From a bacterium (GTDB lineage Bacteria; Bdellovibrionota_C; UBA2361; CALJRW01), in assembly GCA_031385045.1 (NCBI GenBank), contig JANNBC010000031.1, positions 1-54,018 on the forward strand: a stretch of DNA of 54,018 bases, in the 5' to 3' direction. A program made the translations under genes and the position numbers. The notes beneath the pieces were generated by a model. The model was not told the DNA's origin. It was given only the letters and a program-made list of their open reading frames with translations, and did no database searches. Shown piece after piece: positions 30,413-39,595 of the stretch. Position 1 is the stretch's first letter, and each line of letters opens with the position of its first letter.

Positions 30413-31633
30413 ATGGGAAAGTTTAAATGGGAAGGTACCAGTCCATCAGGTAAAGCTGTTAACGGTGTTATTGAGGCAAATAATAAGCAAGAAGCTTTTA
30501 ATTATCTTAAGAAGCAACGAATCACGCTAGATTCTTCCAAGGTAACGGAAGTGGAAGCTGGTTTTAACATGGAGCTTAAGATTCCTGGCTTTGGTCCAAA
30601 AGTTAAGCCACGTGATGTAGTAATTTTTACAAGACAGTTTGCTACAATGATTGATGCTGGTTTGCCATTAATCAAAGGTATCGAAATTATTGCTAACAGT
30701 AGTGAGAATCCAGCGTTCAAGAAAAGTTTAATGGACGTTAAGAACAATGTGGAAACAGGGATGACCTTAGCGGATGCCATGGCTAAACAGCCAAAAACAT
30801 TTGATGAGCTTTATTCCAACATGGTTAGAGCTGGGGAGAATGGTGGTATTCTTGATATCATTATGGAACGACTCTCGATCCAGATGGAAAAATCTATGAA
30901 GTTAAAACGTGAAGTTAAAACTGCAATGATTTACCCCAGCGTTGTAGTTTCAGCAGCCTGTATTGTAACCTCTGTACTTTTGATTTTCGTAATTCCAACC
31001 TTTGCCGAGATGTTCTCGGGGTTTGGTTCTGAATTACCAATGCCTACACAGATCGTTATTAATTTGTCGAACTTCTTTGTTGCCAATTGGTATTTGATTT
31101 TTGGTGGAGTTGGATTGTTAATGTATTCCTTCTTTAAATCCTTGGCTACTCCTCGGGGACAGGAAGTTTTGCACCCAATCTTTTTAAAGCTTCCAGTCTT
31201 TGGAGATATCATTCGGAAGGTAGCAGTTGCTAGATTCACACGAACTTTGGCTACGATGTTAGCATCTGGGGTGCCAATCTTAGATGCCTTAGCAATCTGT
31301 GCCAAAACTTCTGGTAATAAGGTTGTTGAAAATGAGATCTATCAGACAAGACTATCAATCTCTGAAGGTAAATCGATGATTGAACCACTGCAAGACTCAA
31401 GTATCTTTCCTCCAATGGTAGTTTCGATGATTGAGGTCGGTGAAACTTCGGGTTCTTTAGATGCGATGTTAATTAAAATTGCTGATTTCTATGAAGAGGA
31501 AGTGGATAACGCGGTCGGTGCAATGAAACAATTAATCGAGCCAATTATGATTCTAGTTTTGGGAACTGTTATTGGTGGATTGGTAATTGCGATGTACTTA
31601 CCGATCTTTAAAATGGGATCAATTGTTAGCTAA
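30413..31633 (+). CDS. pilC: Type IV pilus platform protein PilC (T2SS F family)
   Basis: FTRQFATMIDAG, AMIYP, GETSGSLD and AMYLPIF. Confidence 0.95.
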   Translation: MGKFKWEGTSPSGKAVNGVIEANNKQEAFNYLKKQRITLDSSKVTEVEAGFNMELKIPGFGPKVKPRDVVIFTRQFATMIDAGLPLIKGIEIIANSSENPAFKKSLMDVKNNVETGMTLADAMAKQPKTFDELYSNMVRAGENGGILDIIMERLSIQMEKSMKLKREVKTAMIYPSVVVSAACIVTSVLLIFVIPTFAEMFSGFGSELPMPTQIVINLSNFFVANWYLIFGGVGLLMYSFFKSLATPRGQEVLHPIFLKLPVFGDIIRKVAVARFTRTLATMLASGVPILDALAICAKTSGNKVVENEIYQTRLSISEGKSMIEPLQDSSIFPPMVVSMIEVGETSGSLDAMLIKIADFYEEEVDNAVGAMKQLIEPIMILVLGTVIGGLVIAMYLPIFKMGSIVS

Positions 31634-33622
31634 ATGAAAAGCGAGAAACTTCAAAAAGCATTATTGTTCGAAGAGGGAACTACTCTGTTGTTATACATCA
31701 GAATAGTTACTCTTTCGATCATGTTGTTCTTGGCTTCTTATAATCACTTCGTCTACGGAATTACCTCGGAAAGTTTGTTTGTTGGTGTTGCCATTTTCTT
31801 TGGTATCACAGCAATTAGCGGGATATATTTATCACATTTTAATGCTGGGCAGTGGTATGCCACAATTGAAATGTTTTTTCATACACTTTTAATTTCATTA
31901 ATCATTTATAATACTGGCTTAGCTGTGAGTCCTTGGTTAGTTTTATATCTACCACTGGTTATGGCGGCTTCAATTATTAACGATCGAAGTTATGGAATTT
32001 TAATCGGGATGGTTTGTGTCACAACTTACCTCCTAATGATCCAAAACCAGTTAAATACTTGGATTGAAATATCGGTTTTAACTAAACCAGTTGCAATTCC
32101 ACCTCAGGGTTTAAATGCTCAATTCTTGGGATTAATATCCTCGATGGTTTTAACTAGTGTGGCAGTTTCTTATCTGAAAAGACATTTGTCGAATAAGAAT
32201 TTGGAGTTAAGTAAAGCACGACGAGATTTAGAATTATTATCATCTGAAGAATTAGCTTTATTAGATAGTGTGGATCTAGGCATTCTCTTTCATGATCGTT
32301 ATTTCAAGCTACTTAAGGCTAATGAATGTGCTAAGAGGATCTTAAATATTGAAGACCACGAAGTTCATGAAAAACTATTACAAAACATTATCCCGCAATA
32401 TCAAGAATTATTTAAACAAGATGACTCACATCGAGAAGTAAAGATTATCAGTAATCACGAAACCAAAGAGTTAAGTCTTAAGTTTAAATTGGCAAAATAT
32501 AAAAATGGTAATCAGTTATTAATTTTCCAAGATATTACTGAATATCTTAAAGCTAAAAATCAAGTGGAGCAGCAGAATCAATTTGCTCGTTTGTTAGCAA
32601 CCAATAATGATTTAAAAAATATGAACTTTGATTTTAATGATCATTTTGTCGGAGAAACTTCCGAAATGAAAACTATCTTTGATACAATTATTAAGGTGGC
32701 ACCGTCTAACGCGAATGTCTTGGTTTATGGGGAATCTGGTACCGGAAAAGAATTAGTTGCTCGGGCAATTCATAGCTCAAGCCCAAGAAAAGAAGAGATT
32801 TTTGTCGCTGTAAATTGTGGCGCAATTCCTGAAAGTTTGATTGAGTCTCAGCTGTTTGGTCATCGTAAGGGCTCCTTTACTGGTGCTACTGCAGATTTTA
32901 AGGGTTATTTTGAACAAGCAACTAGCGGGACTATTTTTCTTGATGAGATTGGAGAACTGCCCGTTCATTTGCAGACAAAATTATTGCGAGCTATTCAAAC
33001 TAGAAAAATTCGACCTGTAGGTAGTGAAAAGGAAATTGATATCGACGTGCGAATAGTTGCAGCAACAAATAAAAATTTAGAAACTTTAATTGCTGAAAAT
33101 CAATTTCGAGAAGATCTTTACTATCGACTAAATGTAATTGGAATTGCATTACCACCACTAAGAGATAGAAAGAAGGATTTGCCATTACTGATTAACTTTA
33201 TTATCAAGAAATTTGCGTTTAGTGAAAATATTGTAATCCCACCGGAGACTCTAGAGTTACTAAGTAATTATAATTATCCAGGTAACATTAGAGAGTTAGA
33301 AAATATTTTAGAACATGCTATCGTTATCGGTGGTAGTACAATTCTTCCTGAGCATTTGCCAGCTTCTTTAAGTAGAGCGGCACAAAGCTCATCAATTATT
33401 GCTGCGAGCCAAGCAACGGAAACAAGTATCTTGGAATCCGCGCATATTTTATTTGATGAAGAGTTCAGCTTAGATCATCATTTGGCCAAAATTGAACGGC
33501 AGTATTTAGAATCTGCTTTAGATGAGTCTCAAGGGGTTAAAACTAAAGCAGCTGAATTGCTAGGAATGAACTTCCGTTCGTTTCGTTATCGTCTTCAGAA
33601 GTTTGGCTTAAGCCAAGATTAG
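31634..33622 (+). CDS. Membrane-anchored sigma54 activator: PilS-like TM and PAS-like region fused to a PilR-like AAA+/HTH
   Basis: About 6 TM helices, a PAS-like segment ending in FQDITE, then GESGTGKE, GSFTGA, FLDEIG, FREDLYYRL, PGNIREL and the HTH AAELLGMNFRSFRYRL. No H-box, HATPase or receiver domain. Confidence 0.85.
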   Translation: MKSEKLQKALLFEEGTTLLLYIRIVTLSIMLFLASYNHFVYGITSESLFVGVAIFFGITAISGIYLSHFNAGQWYATIEMFFHTLLISLIIYNTGLAVSPWLVLYLPLVMAASIINDRSYGILIGMVCVTTYLLMIQNQLNTWIEISVLTKPVAIPPQGLNAQFLGLISSMVLTSVAVSYLKRHLSNKNLELSKARRDLELLSSEELALLDSVDLGILFHDRYFKLLKANECAKRILNIEDHEVHEKLLQNIIPQYQELFKQDDSHREVKIISNHETKELSLKFKLAKYKNGNQLLIFQDITEYLKAKNQVEQQNQFARLLATNNDLKNMNFDFNDHFVGETSEMKTIFDTIIKVAPSNANVLVYGESGTGKELVARAIHSSSPRKEEIFVAVNCGAIPESLIESQLFGHRKGSFTGATADFKGYFEQATSGTIFLDEIGELPVHLQTKLLRAIQTRKIRPVGSEKEIDIDVRIVAATNKNLETLIAENQFREDLYYRLNVIGIALPPLRDRKKDLPLLINFIIKKFAFSENIVIPPETLELLSNYNYPGNIRELENILEHAIVIGGSTILPEHLPASLSRAAQSSSIIAASQATETSILESAHILFDEEFSLDHHLAKIERQYLESALDESQGVKTKAAELLGMNFRSFRYRLQKFGLSQD

Positions 33623-33874
33623 GCTAAATTGCCTTTGGAGGCCTAAGTCAATTAAAGATTATCTCTGCAAATATCTGGCTTGTCCGATCATTATCTATAA
33701 CAATGTTTGGAAAAGACATTTTTTATCTATTCATAATCCTATATTACAGTTAAATTGATTAGGAATCTTAATGATACTGCATTAATTATGATATTTTTAA
33801 TGTTAGAATTAGCAATGGAGTTTATCAAGATTCCCAAGGATAGCATTCTGACTTAAAATTATAGTGCTATCAGA

Positions 33875-33916
33875 GACAAAATTTGTCAGATTCTTGGTTA
33901 TTGACAATTATTGTTA
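33875..33916. promoter_or_regulatory. Tandem palindromic upstream activator sites for pilA
   Basis: GACAAAATTTGTC (33875-33887) and TGACAATTATTGTTA (33902-33916), about 75-115 bp upstream of the -24 box. Confidence 0.55.
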
Positions 33917-33989
33917 CTGAAAATTGAACACAAATCGGTTCATTTTCTGTAATTATGATTTTATTTTAGTTTTTAAGCTGCCCTGAGTC

Positions 33990-34006
33990 TTGGCATGTTT
34001 ATTGCA
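33990..34006 (+). promoter_or_regulatory. Sigma54 (-24/-12) promoter of pilA
   Basis: TTGGCATGTTTATTGCA closely matches YTGGCACG-N4-TTGCW with exact GG-N10-GC spacing. Confidence 0.85.
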
Positions 34007-34121
34007 TAAACTATTTTAGGTTTTTTTGAAACATATTCATAGTTTGCTTCATCGAATACCTTTAATAATATACAAAAACTTGTTTACTTAGGTTTACAGT
34101 TTAACTTTTTTGGAGAAAACA

Positions 34122-34487
34122 ATGCGTAAAGAGAGTGGATTTACATTAATCGAACTTCTAGTGGTAGTTGCTATTATCGGTATTCTAGCTGCAATCGCTA
34201 TTCCTCAGTTCCAAGCATATCGTCAACGTGGATATGATTCTGGTGCTAAGTCTGACTTAAGAAATGCTGCAACTGCAGAAGAAGCTTATTTCATTGACTT
34301 TGATACATATGCTACTTGTGCCAATGCTGCTGCATGTACAACTGCCTTAGCTGGACTTCAGTCAGTATCTGCTGGTGTTGGTCTTGCAATGACAGGAAGC
34401 ACAACTCAGTTCTCAGGAACAGGAGCTTCTGCTAGTGGATCAGGATCTACATTCAGATGGAACTCTGGTAACGGTGGATTGTACTAG
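34122..34487 (+). CDS. pilA: Type IVa major pilin
   Basis: [30 protein letters not shown] before the ATG at 34122; has its own sigma54 promoter and terminator. Confidence 0.92.
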   Translation: MRKESGFTLIELLVVVAIIGILAAIAIPQFQAYRQRGYDSGAKSDLRNAATAEEAYFIDFDTYATCANAAACTTALAGLQSVSAGVGLAMTGSTTQFSGTGASASGSGSTFRWNSGNGGLY

Positions 34488-34505
34488 TACAATTAAACCC
34501 GTAAG

Positions 34506-34533
34506 AAGCTGGGCTTAGTCCCAGCTTTTTTTT
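34506..34533 (+). terminator. Rho-independent terminator of pilA
   Basis: AAGCTGGG-CTTAGT-CCCAGCTT hairpin running into a T tract. Confidence 0.85.
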
Positions 34534-34759
34534 GGCTTAAAATCTTGTCCGGCCTAGATTTCAAATATGAATTTATACTATGACCGAGCGTTTGCAACGA
34601 AGTTGCAATTGGCTTAGTCCCAGCTTTTTTTTTGCCTAAATTTCGTGCGGCCAAGATTAAAGTGTTCATATTCATATGCCCGACTTGTCCGCCATAACTC
34701 GCAGAGCATCGGCGGAGCGTTTACGACAAAGTTACAATTGGTAATGTTCTAACTTTTTT
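34512..34759. repeat. Degenerate tandem duplication downstream of pilA
   Basis: GGCTTAGTCCCAGCTTTTTTTT at 34512 and 34611; GAGCGTTTGCAACGAAGTTGCAATTGG (34586) versus GAGCGTTTACGACAAAGTTACAATTGG (34715). Confidence 0.7.
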
Positions 34760-34783
34760 AGTCGGCAATTACAGTAGTCTTCC

Positions 34784-36352
34784 TCAATCTTTATCGGAAT
34801 CTTCCTTAGTCACATTATGATTTTCCAAGAGTGGAACTTGTCCCTGTTTGGCTAGATAGTATTTTTGGACTAGATCATTAATGATTGGATCTTCAGGATT
34901 TAATGCTAGATATTTGTTAGTCCAATATTCAAAACCTCGCCAATTTCCAGCCATTAAGTAGCTGTAGATCATCTTTTGGGAGGCGACTATAAAACTAGGA
35001 TCTCTAAATAGTGCTTCTTTATAAAAAATAATTGATTTTTCGTATTCCTCGATTAATTGAAACTCATTTCCTAAATTAAAAGGAGCCTTGGGAGAGGCTG
35101 AGTTGTCGATCATTGTTTGGTGAAAAAGAGAAATATTGTTTTTCCAGATTGGTAACCTTAAATTTGTATGGACTAAGAGTACTACAAAGTAGATTGTCAG
35201 TACTAAAGTTCGATGCTTAGGAATCTTAAGTAAGAAGGAAACAATAATTACTATCAGCCCAATACTTGGTGTATAAGCCAAGCGATCAGCCATAAATGTT
35301 CCAATTGGTACTAACAGGTTAATAGTTAGGCTGAAGGTTATTAAAAACCAGAACCCCCAAAAAGCTAAATCCTTTTTTTTGTAAGTATTAAAAGCAACTA
35401 ATCCCAAAAAAATACTAGCAAGTAGCATCGCCGAATATCCTGGCCAAGATGATAGGATGTCCGTAAAATATTTATAGGGTAAGGAGTAATCAGCAGAGAG
35501 ACTAAGTGGTAAGATAATCAGTCTCAAGTATTCTCCCAGAAGATAGATCGCAGGCACTAAGCGAGAAGAGAGATTAAGGTGAAATAATGGATTTTCAACT
35601 AGGTAGGTGGAATGTGGTGCCTTAGTTAGAAAGTTGTGATCCAAGGTAAGCTTTCTAAGTAAAATATAGCTACCGACAATAATTACTAAGATAGTAAAGG
35701 AAGTAATTAATGTACGCTTAGCCGGTTGCCCCTGTTGCTTGAGAAAGATTAGATAGATGATCGGGCAGATGCCAACTAGGGTAATCGCTGATTCTTTAGC
35801 AAGGAAAGCTAAGAATAAAAATAATCCAAATAGAAGATTTCTAATTAAAGTAGGTTTTTCCAGAAGTTGATAGAAGTTGATTAGCCCCAGAAGTCCAAAG
35901 ACGCAAACTAAGATTTCCGAGCGATTGTAAATATTGGCAATTGCTTCAATATGTATAGGGTGTACCAAAAAAATCATGGTACTAACAAAGGCTAAGCGAT
36001 AATTCTTAGAAATAGTCAGGATAAATTTGTAGACCGTGAGTGTTGCAATTCCGTGCAGGATAATATTACTTATGTGGTAAGATATAGGATTCATTCCAGA
36101 AATTAGGAAGTTTAGCTTAATGCTGAGCATCGTTAGTGGGCGATAGAGGTCGCCCGGGTTAGTTGGTAAGGCAAATACTTGGAGAATTTCCCAAATATTT
36201 AAATTCTTAGAAATATAAGGATTCATAATCACCAGTCCAATATCATCATAGGTGAATTGGTAGGTGAGGCTTGGTAAGAAGATTAAAGTAACAAGCGAAA
36301 AAAGATAGATTTCCGGGAGATACTTTTGGAAAATAAATGGCTTTACTGACAT
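34784..36352 (-). CDS. TMTC-like GT-C membrane glycosyltransferase with C-terminal TPR
   Basis: FTYDD, YRPL, VHPIHIEAI, AKE, LSADY and DRLAYTPS motifs plus a TPR tail. Likely start is the ATG at 36352; the ORF is open to 36424. Confidence 0.75.
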   Translation of the reverse strand: MSVKPFIFQKYLPEIYLFSLVTLIFLPSLTYQFTYDDIGLVIMNPYISKNLNIWEILQVFALPTNPGDLYRPLTMLSIKLNFLISGMNPISYHISNIILHGIATLTVYKFILTISKNYRLAFVSTMIFLVHPIHIEAIANIYNRSEILVCVFGLLGLINFYQLLEKPTLIRNLLFGLFLFLAFLAKESAITLVGICPIIYLIFLKQQGQPAKRTLITSFTILVIIVGSYILLRKLTLDHNFLTKAPHSTYLVENPLFHLNLSSRLVPAIYLLGEYLRLIILPLSLSADYSLPYKYFTDILSSWPGYSAMLLASIFLGLVAFNTYKKKDLAFWGFWFLITFSLTINLLVPIGTFMADRLAYTPSIGLIVIIVSFLLKIPKHRTLVLTIYFVVLLVHTNLRLPIWKNNISLFHQTMIDNSASPKAPFNLGNEFQLIEEYEKSIIFYKEALFRDPSFIVASQKMIYSYLMAGNWRGFEYWTNKYLALNPEDPIINDLVQKYYLAKQGQVPLLENHNVTKEDSDKD

Positions 36353-36994
36353 GTAGATTTTAGCAAACCCCAAAAGCAAAAAAGCGAATCTAGTCGCATT
36401 AAAGTAAAGCCATGGTGAGAACATTTTTCAAAACCATTGGGTGGCGACTCACGGATTTAGTATATCAAGCCAAAGATGCTTTTACCAGCTAGCATAACTT
36501 ATTGGTCCCCCGAAAGTGGATCAATAATACAAATCAATAAATTTTAGGTCTGTTTGGAACAAAGCTATTTTGGTACATTTGTTTATGGAATAGACTTGCC
36601 CATTCGGCATTGATTGTTCCTTGTTTGTTTTAATTCTAAATAGAATACTTTTTGAGTTAAATTCGACTGCTAGTGGCCAGTTTTTGGTTCAAGACCAGAT
36701 CCGTTTAAGGTATTTTTTAGAAAAGATAATTTATTTCGAATTATCTTAACGCAAGTTTCGTCAAATATGATGTTATACTTGAGTTAAACTCAAATCTAGC
36801 GCGCTAGATTTTTTATTTATGTTTATTACTGGTGCAGAATGAAACTATGTTCATTCTCTAAATAATAAATTAGGTTTAGCCTCATAATGAGAAAGCTAAA
36901 CTTTAATAAAATATGAGTAAGTTTTATTCTGTATCAGTGAAACTCTAATCTTAAAGATTAAGAATAATTTTTGCTGAATTAAAATTAAATAACT

Positions 36995-37885
36995 GTGTAT
37001 AAATTATTAATCAGTTCCATTCTGTTATTCTTGTGTATTCATTCCTATCAGGAGTTAGAGGTTAAAAATTTACCACCTCAACTTGGTGCTGAGCAGGAAT
37101 TACTGTATTTTCCTAAAGGTGAGAACCTGCGGGCGGCTTCTTTTGGATTTCAAAACGTTTTATCTAATTATCTTTGGTTTCAAACAGTAAACTACTTTGG
37201 CAAGCATTATCGCATGGACCAAAATTATTACTGGTTAGCACATATGTGCAATGTGATTACGGATTTAGATCCATATCATAAAGAGCTGTATGAGTTCTGC
37301 TCTTATTTGGTCGCTTGGGAAAATAAAAATACAGAAGCAGGACAAAAGCTTCTATCCAAAGGAATTGAGTTTAATCCGGATTATTGGAGATTTTATTATC
37401 TCCGTGGAATGAATCATTTAATGTTTGATAAAAACGAAGCAGCAGCTCGGGATGACTTTATTGCCGCCTCGAAGGCTCCTGATGCGCCATTCTTTGTTAA
37501 TTCTTTAGCAACAAAACAAATTGCTAACTTAAATAATCCAGAAACTGCAGTAAGTTTTTTAATTGAAATGATCCAAAATGCTAAAGATGCTAATCAGAAA
37601 GCCGCCTTGCAGGGACATTTAAAGAAGACACTTAACGAGATTGCTATTGTTAAGCTAGAAAAGTATCGCGATCAATATAAAGAAAAGTTTGGAGAGTTAC
37701 CGAAGTCGATTAAAGATTTAAGAACAGTTGGTGCCTTAGATACTGAGCTGCTTGATCCTAACGGTGAACGATATCGGATTGATGAGAAAGGGGAGATTTC
37801 ATCTAATCAGATTAAAGAACGAATTTATTTATTAAAACCTAAAGAAGAAAAAGTAAAAGAAGAAAAAAATGAACAAAGCAATTGA
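36995..37885 (+). CDS. TPR-like pilus accessory protein (Myxococcus PilG / Geobacter XapA-like)
   Basis: N-terminal anchor, W...NYFG, TDLDP and DPNGERY motifs; sits after pilA and before an ABC pair. Confidence 0.6.
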   Translation: MYKLLISSILLFLCIHSYQELEVKNLPPQLGAEQELLYFPKGENLRAASFGFQNVLSNYLWFQTVNYFGKHYRMDQNYYWLAHMCNVITDLDPYHKELYEFCSYLVAWENKNTEAGQKLLSKGIEFNPDYWRFYYLRGMNHLMFDKNEAAARDDFIAASKAPDAPFFVNSLATKQIANLNNPETAVSFLIEMIQNAKDANQKAALQGHLKKTLNEIAIVKLEKYRDQYKEKFGELPKSIKDLRTVGALDTELLDPNGERYRIDEKGEISSNQIKERIYLLKPKEEKVKEEKNEQSN

Positions 37886-38807
37886 ATTTAAAAATTTTTC
37901 TTATGCTTACCAAAGTGACTGGACTTTTTTAAAAAAGACCTTTGTTAATGGTCTAAATTTAGAAGTTCAAGAGGGAGAGTCATTTGGCTTTCTGGGTCAC
38001 AATGGTGCGGGCAAAACTACTTCCATAAAATGTTTAGTGGGCTTAACTAAGCCAACTAAAGGGGAAGTGTTAATCTTTGGTAAGAGCTCTAGAGATCACA
38101 CGGCGCGCCAGGATATCGGTTTTTTACCAGAGCAACCGTATTTTTATGATAATATTAAAGCTGCTGAAGTAGTAGAAATGGCCGCAGTTTTAAAGGGATT
38201 ACCATCTTCTCAGATTAAAAGTGAAGTTGCTCGAGTGCTCGCTAAGGTTAAGATTGATCATAAGAGCAAGTCTAGGCTTAGGAATTTATCAAAAGGACAG
38301 GTGCAAAGAGTTGCAATGGCACAGGCCTTAGTTGGGAATCCAAAGATTTTAGTTTTAGATGAGCCTTTCTCTGGCTTGGATCCAATAGGTCGTAAGGAAT
38401 TTGCTGATTTATTGTTTGAAGCTAAAAAAAGCGGCACTACAATTTTTATTTCTTCGCACATCTTAAGTGATATCGAATTTCTTTGTGATCGCGTGGCAAT
38501 TATGGCTCAAGGATCTTTACAGGGCGTCTTTGATTTAAAAGATTTGCCTCAAATTCTACCTGGGCGGTATTCTTTGAAATTAAAGAATTATGCACAAGTC
38601 GAAAGTCAGCTGTTAGCTTTAACTAACAACTTCAACAATCAGGATAAATTTTTATATTTAAATTTTGAGCAAAAAGAAGTTGCTGAGCAGGCACTAAGGC
38701 TTTCTGTTGACTCAGGAGCGTTAGTGGAGGAGTTCCGATTTGTCCATGGAGGATTAGAGGAATTATTTTTACAACAAACTAACAAAGCTAAGGAGTTAGG
38801 AAAGTGA
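37869..38807 (+). CDS. ABC transporter ATP-binding protein (PilH-like)
   Basis: GHNGAGKTT, LSKGQ and LDEPFSGLD. Confidence 0.9.
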   Translation: MNKAIEFKNFSYAYQSDWTFLKKTFVNGLNLEVQEGESFGFLGHNGAGKTTSIKCLVGLTKPTKGEVLIFGKSSRDHTARQDIGFLPEQPYFYDNIKAAEVVEMAAVLKGLPSSQIKSEVARVLAKVKIDHKSKSRLRNLSKGQVQRVAMAQALVGNPKILVLDEPFSGLDPIGRKEFADLLFEAKKSGTTIFISSHILSDIEFLCDRVAIMAQGSLQGVFDLKDLPQILPGRYSLKLKNYAQVESQLLALTNNFNNQDKFLYLNFEQKEVAEQALRLSVDSGALVEEFRFVHGGLEELFLQQTNKAKELGK

Positions 38808-39577
38808 GAAAAGTTTATATTTTAGCCAAAAATACCTTTCGAGAATCAATTCGCAGCAAGATTTTGTATAGCATTGTATTGTTTGCGATTTTAGTTGTAG
38901 TGGCATCATCCATCTTTGGGCTAGTAACTATTGGTGACAAGGTTAAAGTATTAAAAGATTTTGGCTTGTTTGCTTTAAATCTTTTTGGTGTTGCCTATGT
39001 GGTGATTACTGGTTCCGCTCTACTCTTTAAAGAGCTTAGTCGAAAAACAATTTTTAATATTTTAGCTAAACCAATTCGTCGTTCAGAATTTATCTGGGGT
39101 AAATTTCTAGGAATGTTAATGACTCTATTCTTAATGTTAGGAATGATGAGCCTCGCCCTAATGGTTTTCTTATACTTTTATAGTACCAAGGTTGATTATA
39201 ATTTGATGCTCGCAAGTTATTCTGTATTTCTACAAGTAATGATGGTGTGCTCGCTAGTAATTTTACTGTCTAGTATTTTTGTAACTCCATTTTTAAGTGG
39301 GGCAATAACCTTTGGTCTGTTTTTAATCGGCAGGTCCTCTGAGGTGATTTTACAATTGATTGAATCATTCAAACTTCAAGGGATATCAGAATATATTTTT
39401 AAAACTATTTATTATCTGTTACCTAACTTAGCTGCGGTTGATATTAGTAATAAAGTAGTTCATAATTTCCCAGTACCAGCAGAGGTTTTGATTTGGAATT
39501 CAGTTTACGCTATCGGGTATGCAGCTTTAGCAATCATCCTTGCCAGTCATTTTTTCTCTCGCCGAGAGTTCAATTAG
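38804..39577 (+). CDS. ABC-2 type permease (PilI-like)
   Basis: AKNTFRE, LAKPIRR..F..GKFLG and FSRREF; multi-TM. Confidence 0.85.
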   Translation: MRKVYILAKNTFRESIRSKILYSIVLFAILVVVASSIFGLVTIGDKVKVLKDFGLFALNLFGVAYVVITGSALLFKELSRKTIFNILAKPIRRSEFIWGKFLGMLMTLFLMLGMMSLALMVFLYFYSTKVDYNLMLASYSVFLQVMMVCSLVILLSSIFVTPFLSGAITFGLFLIGRSSEVILQLIESFKLQGISEYIFKTIYYLLPNLAAVDISNKVVHNFPVPAEVLIWNSVYAIGYAALAIILASHFFSRREFN

Positions 39578-39595
39578 AAGTTAAAATAAATATTT

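Noticed and set aside
34493..34675. 60-aa minus-strand ORF with repeated KKAGTKP
   Set aside because: It is a translation of the duplicated terminator sequence.
36425..36994. Possible ncRNA or IS end in the 570-bp intergenic region (hairpin near 36499-36527)
   Set aside because: No recognisable family, partner repeat or transposase remnant could be supported by eye.
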